DNA of 64,000 nt, taken from contig JAQFVV010000002.1 in NCBI GenBank assembly GCA_028023455.1, positions 28,954,001 to 29,018,000 of the forward strand, read 5' to 3'. The notes beneath the pieces are model-generated. The model saw only the letters and a list, made by a program, of their open reading frames with translations. It was not told where the DNA came from and did no database searches. The translations under genes and the position numbers were made by a program. This stretch comes from Epiperipatus broadwayi. Lineage: Eukaryota > Animalia > Onychophora. Each line of letters starts with the position of its first letter. Within the stretch, counting starts at the first letter, position 1. Below are positions 1 to 12,260 of the stretch, piece by piece.

Positions 1-58
1 TATCTTATGTAATTAAATAAATATATGTCTTCCATTATTATGATAAATCCTCATTTAG

Positions 59-123
59 ATTCTTACACTGCAAAGATATAAATCCTGAAGGCATGCTCGT
101 GAAATACTTGCTCGAGAATTTAG
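59..123 (+). CDS. Candidate small coding exon (FLHCKDINPEGMLVKYLLENL), product unknown
   Basis: AG at 57-58, open frame, weak donor GTAGCT at 124; phase-compatible with 575-726. No family recognised. Confidence 0.15.
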
Positions 124-151
124 GTAGCTAGATGACATCAGCCACATAAAT

Positions 152-350
152 GTATCTTTTTATAAAATATAACAGTATCGGAAATACCGCTACTGAGATA
201 TTAAATGTAACAAAATATTATTGGTTAAATGATTTCGTATCAAATATTTTAAATATAAAAATATATATCTTTGTAAAGTATAACAGTATCGGAAATACTG
301 TTACTGAGATTTTAAATATAATAAAATATTATTAATTAGATGATTTAATA
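152..350. repeat. Two-copy tandem repeat, period ~111 bp
   Basis: TATAACAGTATCGGAAATAC at 168 and 279; explains the repetitive ORF 150..335. Confidence 0.85.
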
Positions 351-574
351 TAATGTTTTAAATAAATAATTTCAAACTATATGTCTGCCATTCCATCTTT
401 ATTTATTCGATACCCATTCAATATAATATTTCCTTGATTCTGTAAAATATAAATGTTTAATATTAATGTTATTATTGATAACTCGAAATAAAATTCTTGA
501 TTCTCTTGCATCTCCCTGACCCCCATGCCTAGAGAAATGTTTACTAGTGTAGCATCAGATGTGTTGTTTCGTAG

Positions 575-726
575 ATTGTATTGTGGAACCGGTAAACTAT
601 GTTCAAACTCAGTACTACTGGTGGCTTCGCTACCTAGATGGTGCTGCAGTTCTGTGTGGTGGTCAAATTCTGCACTATGTCAACGAATCACACGTTTCTG
701 ACCGTTACAATATCACAATTCATCTG
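575..726 (+). CDS. Candidate coding exon (DCIVEPVNYVQTQYYWWLRYLDGAAVLCGGQILHYVNESHVSDRYNITIHL), product unknown
   Basis: GC-richer island, acceptor TTGTTTCGTAG at 564-574, open frame; donor GTTAAC is weak. A minus-strand frame (~680-380) is also open, so strand is uncertain. Confidence 0.2.
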
Positions 727-1644
727 GTTAACCATATGCAAAAGGATTTTCATTTAAATATTGCTTTTCATTCTGCAAATTTATATTTTCAATCAAATAT
801 TGTTAGCTTAGTAGACAAAAATAGGAAAATTATTTATTAAATTGGTTAAAACTGAAAATACAAATTCAGCATATTACATATTATAATTTTCAGTGTTAAC
901 TTGAATTTCATTCCAGTGCTCCATCTATGTTTTAAGAATACATTTTGCACCCCATCTCTTGCCTCCAGTCCAAAGTTTAAAGAAATTATTAATTAGAATA
1001 AACTGGAAATATATAAGGAAAAAAATAATTGCTTTACCTAATATAATTTTTTGTTTCATTGCTAGATAGGTAAAAAACAAAATGTATGACCACAAACAAA
1101 TTATTCTTTATAGAGATAAATGACATAGTTAAAATATAATTGTGGAGTCCCATAGGACTTGTTGGGTGCCAAAACTTGCAGAGTCAAGTCTTTGGGTTTT
1201 TTCCCCCAGTATGGAAGATTTGTAAAAACGAACCCATAATATGGCATAATATTTTAGTGCCAAATATGCATGATATGATGCAGTAATGACTTGATTTTAT
1301 GGAAAAGACAGTTCCAATTGTAAGTCCAAAGGTCACATATTTGGAGTTTTTAATTTTCTATTGTGATTTAAATCTTTTCCATAATTGGAATCTCTAAATA
1401 AACTACCAGGATAATCTCATATTACATCAATTAGTGAAATGAAACAGAAGAGTCATTATAATATGTAAAAACAGTTGAGGAAAGAGATGTATTACTTACA
1501 ATGTTAACAATATGGAGACTCTAAACAAATTACCATTATGGTAATGGGAAGATCTAGTGATTATATATCAAGCATTATGCTTGGAAACAGACATAGACTG
1601 TTATATATCATTAACTTCATATAACACAATATTCATAAGGTTTA

Positions 1645-1745
1645 CACAGAGGCAAAATTCTCCATATAGTAGCACCACTCAGTGCGTACGAGAATAATCA
1701 ATGTTGATCATGTGATGTTTAGTGGTTTAATTCATAAGGTTCTTA
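1645..1745. mobile_element. Family 1 repeat, short fold-back remnant without hammerhead
   Basis: GCAAAATTCTCCATATAGTAGCACCAC arm joined to opposite-orientation GATCATGTGATGTTTAGTGGTTTAA. Confidence 0.65.
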
Positions 1746-1974
1746 TAATGAGTAATCAGTCACTATGTATTTACATAGAAAACTTGCATGCTTCAGCTAG
1801 TGTGAAGATTATTACAATATTTACAAAATTACATATGAATACTTTATGTTACAGTGAAAAGGTAACTGGTTTACTCTCTAGGCTTCCTGCAGTGACATTT
1901 CTGAAACAATCCATGTATTATATAGTAATAAAGTTAGCTATTCACACCAAGATTTTTCAAATGTTAACATATCT

Positions 1975-2090
1975 AGATTATGGGTTATGTTATAAAATGT
2001 GACAATGATCTATAGATCATCTTCAATTAACAGATCTTGGGTTATGTTATAAAATGTGACAGTGATATATAGATCATGTTCACTGCTCTT
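1975..2090. repeat. Two-copy tandem repeat, period 57 bp
   Basis: TGGGTTATGTTATAAAATGTGACA at 1981 and 2038. Confidence 0.85.
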
Positions 2091-3334
2091 TTTGTGAAAA
2101 TCTTGCAAATCAGTTGAAAATATTCTTGTGAGATATGGCTTCACTGAGAAATCCAGTTTGGGGCATTTCAAATGTTTCAGTAGTAGTGTTCCCTGATTTA
2201 AAACAAAATTTAATGGTAGCATATTATTATTTTGTTGATAACATTCAAAATACACTGTCACATTACCTGGTGACGCTCATGATGTACACACTCAATCACT
2301 TTAAAAATGTTAGTCATGAACAATTATACTACATCACTACATATGCATTGAGTCAGAGAAGGTGCCAGAGATACTTGGAAAAGAAACCAGACACTTTCCA
2401 TTACCAGGCTATAGTATATACGTGGAAAATTCAGATTCATTATTTGAGGGGTGTAGGAACCAAAATGAATATAATTAAACTTAAAAAACCACATCTTTAT
2501 TTCATTTCTAATGTGTCATACTTAATACTAATGAATAAAAAAACTGCTTCGTTTTTTTTTTAGAACTTTTTGCCATTTAATGACTTTGAAAGCTTTTTTT
2601 TAATTTTGAAACTGGTTTCTGCCCTGTTCTTGGAACTTCTAAGGAAGTATCAAACTTATTCTACTAACATAAAGTTCTAACAGCTTCTGCTTCAGAATAT
2701 AACATGACAGATCATAAATAATTCATTAGTGAATGGAATTAAGAATGGTATCTCTAAGAATTGATTATTGTCATCCACTTGTAATTGAGTATGATCATTC
2801 CAACCCAAACAATAAGCTAATCTATAAATGATTTTTGCTATGACTATATATCCATGTACTGAAAATGTAAGTTCATTTTTCAATTTGTTTGATATTTCAC
2901 AATAATGGCTTCAAATTTCCTCTACACAAAAGTTTTACTTCGCAAGTAATTCAACATCTTGTCTAATTGGGGCTCTCCAATGAATTCTATGCCCTGCCAT
3001 ATCTTCTCATTGGAAAAAAAAATCAACATTGCACTTCTTTAGAATAACTTTAAAATAAAATTGGAAGCTTTCTTTCCCATGAGAACTATGTAAACTACTA
3101 CAGCTATTTTCTGATGTATACCAACATCCAATCCTACAAGACAGCATGGAGTGTTGTTCGTTAGCAACGGCAGTTTATATATAAATAATCTAATGCTATA
3201 GAATTCTCCAGGGGAAAGGAATAAATAAATTTAATTTGTGTTTACAAATAATAACAATATGTAGAATATTATATAACTACAATACAACATGATGAAAGAT
3301 ATAACTTATGACTGTAATAACAGTACCAAACTGT

Positions 3335-3980
3335 CTCTACAGTAGGGCCACCAAGCACAAGCTTTTGTAATCAAGAGTTGCAGGAAGGCTTGTGTATAAA
3401 ATCCCTATCTAGTGTGCACTCATCCAAATCTCCAGACCAGTTTCTAGCTTAGGGCTTTCATCAGTGAGGAGCCTTAGATATGAGAATACTGCAGATAAAT
3501 CTTAGAATGTTGGATGAGTAGGCACTAGATAGGTATTTTTATGCACAAGCATTTCTGCATCCATTGATAAAAGCCAGCACTTGGTGGCACTACTGTATGG
3601 AGAGTTTGGTGTGCTTATTAGCAGTATGTGTAAATAGTGATCATGGTATGTCTCACTGATTGAATAAGTAATAATTGAATTTTTTCAATTATCACTTTAA
3701 ATCAGGCAACAAATGTACTGCAGGAGCCTTGGATATGAGGATACTGTGTGTAAATCTTAGGCTGTTGGATGAGTATGCACTAGATAGGGATTTTATGCAC
3801 AAGCACTCCTGCATCCATTGATTATAAAAGCTAGCACTTGGTGGCACCACTTATGGAGAGTTTTGGTATTCTTATTAACAGTATGTGTAAATAGTGATCA
3901 CAGTATGTCTCACTGATTGAATAACTAATAATTGAAATTTTTCAATTATCACTTTAAATCAGGCAACAAATGTACTGCAA
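3335..3980. mobile_element. Family 1 fold-back element plus ~257 bp local tandem duplication (3466-3722 / 3723-3980)
   Basis: Antisense arm 3335-3505, sense arm 3510-3650; GAGCCTT..CAGGCAACAAATGTACTGCA occurs twice. Confidence 0.85.
3429..3470 (-). ncRNA. Type I hammerhead motif, family 1 (core intact, one helix I mismatch)
   Basis: UCCUCA CUGAUGA A-AGC CCUAA GCU-A GAAA CUGGUC UGGAGA. Confidence 0.7.
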
Positions 3981-5399
3981 TCCAATGAAGTGTTGGAGGC
4001 ATAAGATCTGATCAGTTGCAGCTAAATTTTCCAATACTCATTTACCCTTCTCAATGCACCCACCAAGTGATGTCATTACCATTTAATTGTATGCTTGCAT
4101 GCATTATTTCGGTAGAATGAGAAATTTATATCATTGGCATGTGTTTATGATGGCAATGAAGTATTTTTGTATATCTTGTTTCATACTGTAAAATAAAATA
4201 AAACTGATTACAAAAAAATGTATTTGTTTTCTTATTTCCATATGCCACATTGGCATTTAAAACTATCAATGGGCATTACTGTTAGTCAGAGTTAATCTAA
4301 TAAAATTAATGTTATCATCTGGAGATCACTATGAAACATTTGGGATAATTATAAGAACAGAGACTAGTGATATTTGACATAACATCCAGCAAAACAGGAA
4401 AAAATAATGCTGACAATTTCTGATTTCAGAGCCAGAGCATAAGAAAAATAGTGAAACCACTTTTACATATGATAAGAGACAGACATGTCATCTGTCCAAC
4501 AATTTTCGCTTATAAGTGCTAATGTAAAATAGGCTTCTATTATGACCCATAACTAAAATGTAATCAATTAAATGGTATTGTTTTGAACATGGCAGTGTTC
4601 ATGTTTTTATAATAACTTTTCTGCTCAAGCAAAGTCTTTGTAATGATCATTCCATGTGTTGTGCAAAAATTCAATAACAACAGCTCGCATGAATTTATAG
4701 TATCAATACATTTATTTCCATAAAATTTTAGCAAATGTCTCTGATTTGTATCAATATGTGCATTAAACTTTCCAAGAAAGATAATTTAATATTTTAAAGA
4801 TATTACTATAATCGTGCTATCTAGAAAGAAAGTTGTTTTCTCTGAGATCTGTGTGCAATGTTGAATCAGATGCCCAAATAAAAATTTAGTATTGGTACCA
4901 TACACAGTGAGGAATATCAAAAATAAAAGATACTAAAGTAAATTTTACAGCAAACGTAACAACATCATTCATTGTTCCATTTCTCGATTTACGTTTTCAA
5001 CACAACTTCTACCCACTAGTCTTTTCTACTAAACATCCCTCACAAAAGTAGAGTTGTTCCTTGTTAAACCCTACTGTTAATGAGTAACCTGCTGATCATA
5101 TTATCATAGCATGCCTGGTGGGAAACAGACCATTTTAGATCAAATTTTCTACATCCTCTTCGCTTCTACAGTAGACATTGCCAGCTAAAATTTCTATTTC
5201 AAATACAATTACATTCGTGATTGATCTGCCTAAAGTGAAGATCGCAACTAATAACTACCACTTTACTGAGACTGTTTCTGTCATAGATAGCAGAACATAA
5301 AAAATAACTGAAAAACGTAATTTCAGTCAGAAATGCTGAATAGGTAGTTAAAAATAAAAATATGGCTGAAACACACAATCTAAAGGAGATTACCAATGC

Positions 5400-6670
5400 C
5401 ATGAAAAACTAATAATGATATGATAAATAAAATATCAGCAGGAAATACTCTTTCTTAGCATTATAGTTTTTTACACACGGACCCTGTCTTTGCAGCAGCA
5501 CCCCCCCCCCCATCTGCCATAAAAAACCATCTATTTGTATTCATAAATAACAATGCTAAATTATCAAAAAACAAAAAAAAAATAACAATGCTAATATTAG
5601 CATATATGAATTCGATACAAGTTTAAGGATATGTCTTATATATCTGACATTGATATCATTTCTAACACTAGTATTCGCTTAACCCTATAGAAAATATGTC
5701 AGGCAACCTAACAAGATTACGAAATGGGCCCTTCAATATTAATAACAATAGATCAAATCCATTAATTAATAGCAAATCAAACAAATTGGATATAGCAATT
5801 GTTCCTTATTTATAGAATTCAAAGTGGAATCGCAGGTCCGGATGTATATTACATAATAATCATATATCTTTACAATAAATTAAAGTATCTTTAAAATAAT
5901 TGCTTTAAAATTCTATATTTAATAATTAATACCATAAAATAAATACTATTGTTTAAAAATATTTTTCACATTTATTAAAAACGTGGAAATTTTTGCACCA
6001 CCGTCCAATGACATTTAAAAAAAGAAAAATGGGGGCAGCACTGATCAAAATTTTCAAGCCTTGTTAATTTCAGTATATTTTGTGTAGCGGTCTTATAAAG
6101 TTACTTTGTGGCGTGCTTAAAGAAATAGATAATAAAGAAGTGGAGAGATCCAAGCTATAGGTTTGAGATTATTCAGTAATCAATAAGCCAATAATTGAAT
6201 ATGGAATTTGAATTTTAAAACATTAAAAAATATATACTCTTCTTTATATAAATAGATATACGGAAGTAGAAATAAAAATACAAAATTGAATGTGTATATT
6301 AAAGTATATAAAATATTATTTCCAAAATCTATACTTTTTGTTAAGAATAATACTGTTTGCAGCAAATATATTTTTAGAAAGATTTATTAATATGTAAAAT
6401 AATTAAACGCCCAAGGGTTTCTATAAATTAAAAATTGGAATGGGCCATTGAATACACGCACAATGTAAAAGGTCACAAATAATTGCTTTACTAAGATCCA
6501 ATTTCAATTAGATTTTTATGCACATTAAAACTAATAATTTAAATTATTCTTCTCATATAGTATAACAAAATTATATTTGCTCAAGCTACCAAAGAACTCC
6601 GAGGATCGCCGATAGCAGAATCTCCTTTGGATACGAGGATTAACAGTGAATAGCAAACACTGCACAGGTA
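5400..6670. promoter_or_regulatory. CpG-retaining region, possible promoter/first exon
   Basis: Visibly more CG dinucleotides than flanks (ATCGCAGGTCCGGATG, CTCCGAGGATCGCCGATAGC); CCAAT near 6005; CTCF-like GGGGGCAGCAC at 6031; donor-like CAG|GTAAAA at 6669. Confidence 0.3.
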
Positions 6671-6919
6671 AAACTATTTTCTAAAGCTAGATTTCAGTAC
6701 AAAACAATTTTTTGACTCTTAAATTTTCTTTTTCACTTATGTAAATTAGTGTAGACCTGACCATCATAAGCATCTCATATCACTGATCATTTCTCTATAA
6801 TAATTGTGGTATTGAAATTGTCTATGCGCAATGACATTTCCTTACTTTAACTGCACACACACAAATCCTAATCCCCAATCCCCTTCTTATTTTTTGTTTA
6901 TGCCAAATTCTCCTCTTGA

Positions 6920-7545
6920 ATTAAAAAGTGGTGATGAAGACAGATATCATAAACTGTCTCTCCTTAGTTACAATTTTTGCTCATATTCTCATGAATTGGA
7001 AAGTGGTGGTGAAGACAGATATCATAAACTGGCTGTCCTTAGTTATGATCTTTGCTCAAGTTCTCATGAAATGGAAAGTAATGATGAAAACATATCATAA
7101 ACTGGCTATCCTTAGCTATGATCTTTGCTCAAATTCTCATGAAATGGTAAGTGGTGGTGAAGACAGATATCATAAACTGTTTGTCCTTAGTTATGATCTT
7201 TCATCAAGATGAAGACAGATATCACAAACTAGCTGTCTTTAGTTATGATTTTTGATCAAGTTCTCATGAATTGGAAAGTGGTGTTGAAGACAGATATCAT
7301 AAACTGGTTGTCCTTAGTTATGATCTTTCTTCAAGATGAAGACAGATAAGAGATATCACAAACTAGCTGTCCTTGGTTATGATTTTTGCTCAAGTTCTCA
7401 TGAATTGGAAAGTGGTGATGAAAACAGATATCATAAACTGGCTATCCTTAGCTATGATCTTTGCTCAAATTCTCATGAAATGGTAATTGGTGATGAAGAC
7501 AGATATCATAAAATGGCTATCCTTAGTTATGATCATTGCTCATGA
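6920..7545. repeat. 75-bp minisatellite with interspersed ~52-bp truncated units
   Basis: GAAGACAGATATCATAAACTGGCTGTCCTTAGTTATGATCTTTGCTCAAGTTCTCATGAATTGGAAAGTGGTGGT repeated about 9 times (e.g. 6936, 7011). Confidence 0.95.
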
Positions 7546-9179
7546 CAATCACTAATCCGTTAACCTTGGATTTAAGGTTTAACCAACTCTATTTAGAGAT
7601 TCCTCTGCATAATACAAAAGTGGGAGAGACGTAAAAAATATTTCTAAAAATTACCCATTTCTCATAGTTGGACTAAGTTTTCATATCTGGTCATTTACTC
7701 ATAAAAGTGATAATAATAATAGTATTATCAGTAGAAGTGGAAAAGTAAAAGTAATTTTTAATACTATTGATAAATATTACAAGTCTATATTTTTTTCCAA
7801 AATACAATCATAAAGAACATGCTAACATTATGTGATATACATTTTTCATGACCAGAATGCAGGACAATGCTGTTGACTAAGAAGTAATAAAAATGTTGAT
7901 TGATGCAGCTGAATTTAGGAACATTTAAAATTTAGAAATTGAAAGTTCAATAAAGCTATTTGCTACATCTGGGAGTGATCTCTGTGCTCCCAAACACCTA
8001 TGGGCTTATATAAAATTAACCCAGTAACAATAATAATCCTGCAGAAATCTAGGATTATGATTTACTAGATTAATAATACAACCCGACCATTATAGACATT
8101 TTAATTAAACATATATGCATATTAACAATTTAGTGCAATTACAAGGGATTTGAACTCAGACTTGTAAGCTGAATTGAAATCTTTTCTAATTACTTATAAA
8201 TTCAGTATAGACAATATACTTGTAATGAAATATTAACAATTTATATAAAGCATGTATATTTACATACCCGAAGGCATTGTCAAATAATAACAGTAACTGT
8301 GACCTGTTTAGTCCGCAGACTTGCTTTGCTGCAGTCTGAGGCCTCTCTGCAATATTAGCTATCAAGGAGAAGACATGATGACTTCCAGCATCATTGTTGT
8401 TGTAAATACATCTGCAAGCTTGTAGCTTCCACAAGCAAGTGTTCTTTGGTTCTCTTCTAGACCAATCTTTCACTATTAATTAATAATTAGAAATCCTGTT
8501 CTAATTAGTCAGGTTATTTAGATCCTGCTGGCATTGTCTAATGTTATTTATATGTAGATGCATCCAGTTAATAGTAATTTCTTTTTAATTGTCATTAATT
8601 AATTAGATTATTTTCTGATTTAAGTCTGTTATCTTTTTTGCTCTTCAGGAATTTAATTAAGTTTCTTTCCTGAATTTATAATCGATTTTTTACTAATATT
8701 AATTCTTTTCTTGATTACTTCAATCAGTTTCAATTTTACGACAGTATCATGATCAAGATGTATTCACTACCATGTTACAAGCCATTAGTTATTAGTTAAA
8801 TGTGCTGCAATCTGTTTGAACAAGCTTCCCTAAATAATTTTCCTGCAAATGCTTCAAAATTTGAATGTTCTTTTTACCTACTTTGAAATTGCATCGGGAT
8901 GTTATATTTTGAACTCTGATTTACGGAACTACTGTCTTTAAATAATTGTTTGCTAAAGCTTGCTGTTAAATTATGCCATCGTTGTTGTACTGTGGACACT
9001 TGCCCACAATGTCTATCTTTTGCAAGTATTTTTTCAATAATTGCAAAATAATAATTTTAAAATGTGCAAGTTATGATCAAATATGCTTTTTTCTTTTGTT
9101 TATGAATCTAATTTATAAAGTTGTGGGTTATTTTTGTGTGGGTCTTGTACTTGGTTTCACCAATTTGGATGTTACAAAT

Positions 9180-9960
9180 CCAATTCAGAAATTTGTGGGG
9201 GGGGGATGTTATGTTTTATGTATTTCAGTTATTTTTTCTATGTTTGTTGTACTTGAGTTATTTTTGAGCAATGTATTTTCTATTTTACTTGTTTTGACCG
9301 ATTTCTGTTTTTGTGTCACTTGTATGGTTTTAAACCACACCTTTCCCTCCCCCTCCCCCCCCCCCCCAAACCCCCCACAACCCCCCCTCCCCCCCCCCAC
9401 CCCAATACACTTTCAAACCTTTAAACCCTCAATCACCATTCCCCCCCCCTCCCCCCCCACACCCCCAAAAAAACCACAAAACCCCTCATTCCCCCTCTCC
9501 ACTCTTTTTTTTTTTATATTTCCACAATTTAACCTTTTTTTTCTCTTTTCTTTTATCAAAAATTAAAAATCAATAAAAAATTCCCTAAATTTTCCAATTC
9601 CTCCTCAAAAAAAAAAAAAAAAAATTCCCCATATTTTTCCATTTTAATTTATATTTTTTTTGAACCAAAACCCCCGCCCACCAAAAAAAAAACAACCTAC
9701 TTTCCTAAAAAAAAAAAAAAATAAACACCCCCTAAATTTTTTTTTTTTTTAAATATTTTTTAAACCCTATTCTCCCTCCTACTCTCCCACCTCCTCCCTC
9801 CTTTTCTTTATTAATAAAATTATTCTTTTTTCCCCATCCCTATTACAATAACCATCAATCACCCCCCAACACCCACCCCCCCCTTCTTTGTACAAAAATA
9901 TGAAAAAATTCTTTTCACAAATTTTTTTAAACACCGAACCTTTCTCACCCATCTTGATGG
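9180..9960. other. Homopolymer-rich low-complexity tract, probable low-quality sequence
   Basis: G/T-rich stretch switches abruptly near 9340 to a G-depleted tract of C, A and T runs. Confidence 0.7.
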
Positions 9961-10382
9961 TACTGCAGTGTCACCTGGTGGTACAGTACAGCACATCAAA
10001 CAGTACCCATATATATAATCCCCCCTTTTCTGTTTATATATACATGTTATTTTTATACACTAAATAAAACTACATTAAGTTAAAATATATGATATAAGCA
10101 AATAATTAATTAATTATGGATAAATAAGGTTTTATTTGTAAGTATGGTTATTAGAAATATATAAAAAATGATATATAATTTAGTTTAATGTATAAAGTAT
10201 ATGTACATAATTAATTCAATAGATTGTGTAAAGTATTATGTAATTTATAGTGTATAAAATATGTATATAATTATTTAATCGTAAATTAATGTGATTTTAT
10301 TTATTGTTTAAAAATAATATATTTATATAAACAAAGAAGGGGAGAGTATCTATATATATATATAAATAAGTTATATGGCAAT

Positions 10383-10800
10383 AAACATCACATGATCACC
10401 ATTCCTAATGCTTGCTCTTAACTGTTATTAAAACAGAGAAAATTCTCTGTACATATTGCCATTCAGTTCAGACCTATATGTCTATATAAGCTGATGAGCT
10501 TTGATTGAAAATATTATAGTGTTTTAATTTAAGTCTCATTGTTATGTAGTTAAGTAGAGATAAAAAAAATGGATGTGGGAGAGCTGCATTAGATCCTAAG
10601 ATCTAGTTGCAATGCTCTCAGATCCAAGACTTCTCATTGACGAAGGTCACAAACCAGAAACTAGTCTGGGGATAGTGGATGAGTAGGAACTAGATGGGGA
10701 TTTTATGTACAAGCCTTCTGGCATCCTTTGATTACTCTGGTTTACACTGAGTGGCAATACGTATAGAGAGTTTTGCCTGTTTTAATAAGAGCATAGATAG
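10383..10800. mobile_element. Family 1 fold-back element; hammerhead at 10631-10672 (+) with C3U core change
   Basis: Antisense arm CATCACATGATCACC.. joined near 10465 to a sense arm; UUCUCA UUGACGA AGGU CACAA ACCA GAAACUAGUC UGGGGA. Confidence 0.85.
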
Positions 10801-11407
10801 AAATTTCTGGTACTCTGGGCTTTTTTAAATCTGGTTATCTTCGTTGGACTTTTTAATACAGTATCAGTTATTTTCTGTTTGATGTTAGCCAAATCAAAGC
10901 TAACCTCAGTGCTTGTTATTACTTTACAATGATTTGCAAGTTCTGAATTAATTGGAGTCAATCACTAAAATGTTTCTTAGACAATCACTACGGATTTCTG
11001 CGCATTACATTTTCACAGCCACAGTTTTATATATAATTAGTTGCCTTGCAAATATATTTTATAAGGAGCATCTGTTATACAAACATAAGGGTTTGAAATA
11101 TTTTACAGATTAAGATTTTGAATTTGAATGAATTTGCAAAATTTCTGTATAGCTTAGGTATAATTTATGAAATTACACACTACGGTAATAAGATTTAAAA
11201 TATTATTTGTACATTCTTTTAAATAATTTGCAGAAGTATAGGAAAATCTTTAAATATTACTACTTTCCATCTGACAGGAAATAGTAACGACATCTCTCGT
11301 CAATTTCAGAAAGAAAAATTATAAGCTTCAGTGAAATCAGTCTATAAAATCGTAATGAAACAAAAATTATATAACTTTTTTTTAATATAGACTAGTTGCT
11401 AATCTCT

Positions 11408-11497
11408 ATAAAAAGAAAGAAAAAATATGATCAAGAAGTTTTTATTTTCAAGATAAAAAGAAAGAAAAAATATGATCAAGAAGTTTTTATTTTCAAG
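11408..11497. repeat. Exact ~45-bp tandem duplication
   Basis: AAAAGAAAGAAAAAATATGATCAAGAAGTTTTTATTTTCAAGAT twice; single in other block X copies. Confidence 0.9.
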
Positions 11498-11849
11498 ATT
11501 TTACATAGACTTAGAAGTGTAGATTTTGAAGTCATTAAAAGTAATCTTAACCATCTGCTAATTTATTTATTTTCTTTATAAGCGGTTTTAACGATCCTAT
11601 GTATAATGTGTTTAAAATTCTTTGAAAAAATAATTTATTTATACTAATTCTGAATTTACTTTTTTTTTTCCAATCAATAAAATTTCGTTCTTTTTTTTTC
11701 TATTTTAAACGTCTATATATTTAAACAATTGAACAACTTAAATTTTTTTTGAACTGTTTCATTATTGTAGATTTTACATTTTTATAAATTCATGTTTTTA
11801 ACAGACGTCGCAAGTTATAGCAAATTCAAAGTCAAAATTAGAATTATAC

Positions 11850-12260
11850 ATTTTCCAGGGCTGATGTGGGAATGCTCCATCTCACATTACTTTTAAATAA
11901 TGGTCTAATCCAGATTCTATCTTGATCAGATTGAGCATTAACTGCCACAAACCAATATACAAATAAACATACATCCAATGGCAAATATGGCCCAATAGGG
12001 ACCACACTGAAACCACTTGCTCTCATGATGGATATAAATTTGCAGGTAAGACCAAACAACAACTGTCAAAATTGAATGGCAGTTAACATGTAGTCCACTC
12101 TATAGCTGAGCAATGAGACAGGTTTGCTGCCAGACATAAGGCAGCCACAAGACGATCTGTTATAGAAGAACAGGAAGTATCATCGTACCTATTCATGAGG
12201 CAAGCTGTTACAGTACATGCGGAAGCGATAGATAAGCTTAGAAAGATACCTGAAATTGCT
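11850..12260 (-). pseudogene. Conserved GC-richer core of block X, possible decayed coding exon, family unknown
   Basis: Also at 36371-36790, 52240-52720 and 56720-57230; long but stop- or frameshift-broken minus frames; acceptor-like TTTCAG|G at 12250. Confidence 0.35.

Noticed and set aside
2135-2563. 142-aa ORF
   Set aside because: No recognisable motif or splice support; another frame has only a faint LINE endonuclease-like LPGYSIY.
6920-7545. CRISPR-like or C/D snoRNA array
   Set aside because: No unique spacers and no cas genes; eukaryotic context; GTGATGA has no matching CTGA D box.
8186-9080. Minus-strand exon candidates and a Myb/SANT-like QQRWHNL peptide
   Set aside because: Frames bounded by stops, no consistent splice phases, similarity too weak.
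8973-9566. 197-aa ORF with proline run
   Set aside because: Produced by poly-C low-complexity, probably erroneous sequence.
10486-10510. CTGATGAGC..GAAA hammerhead-like string
   Set aside because: Point variant of family 1 CTATTGAGC; no helix II or I.
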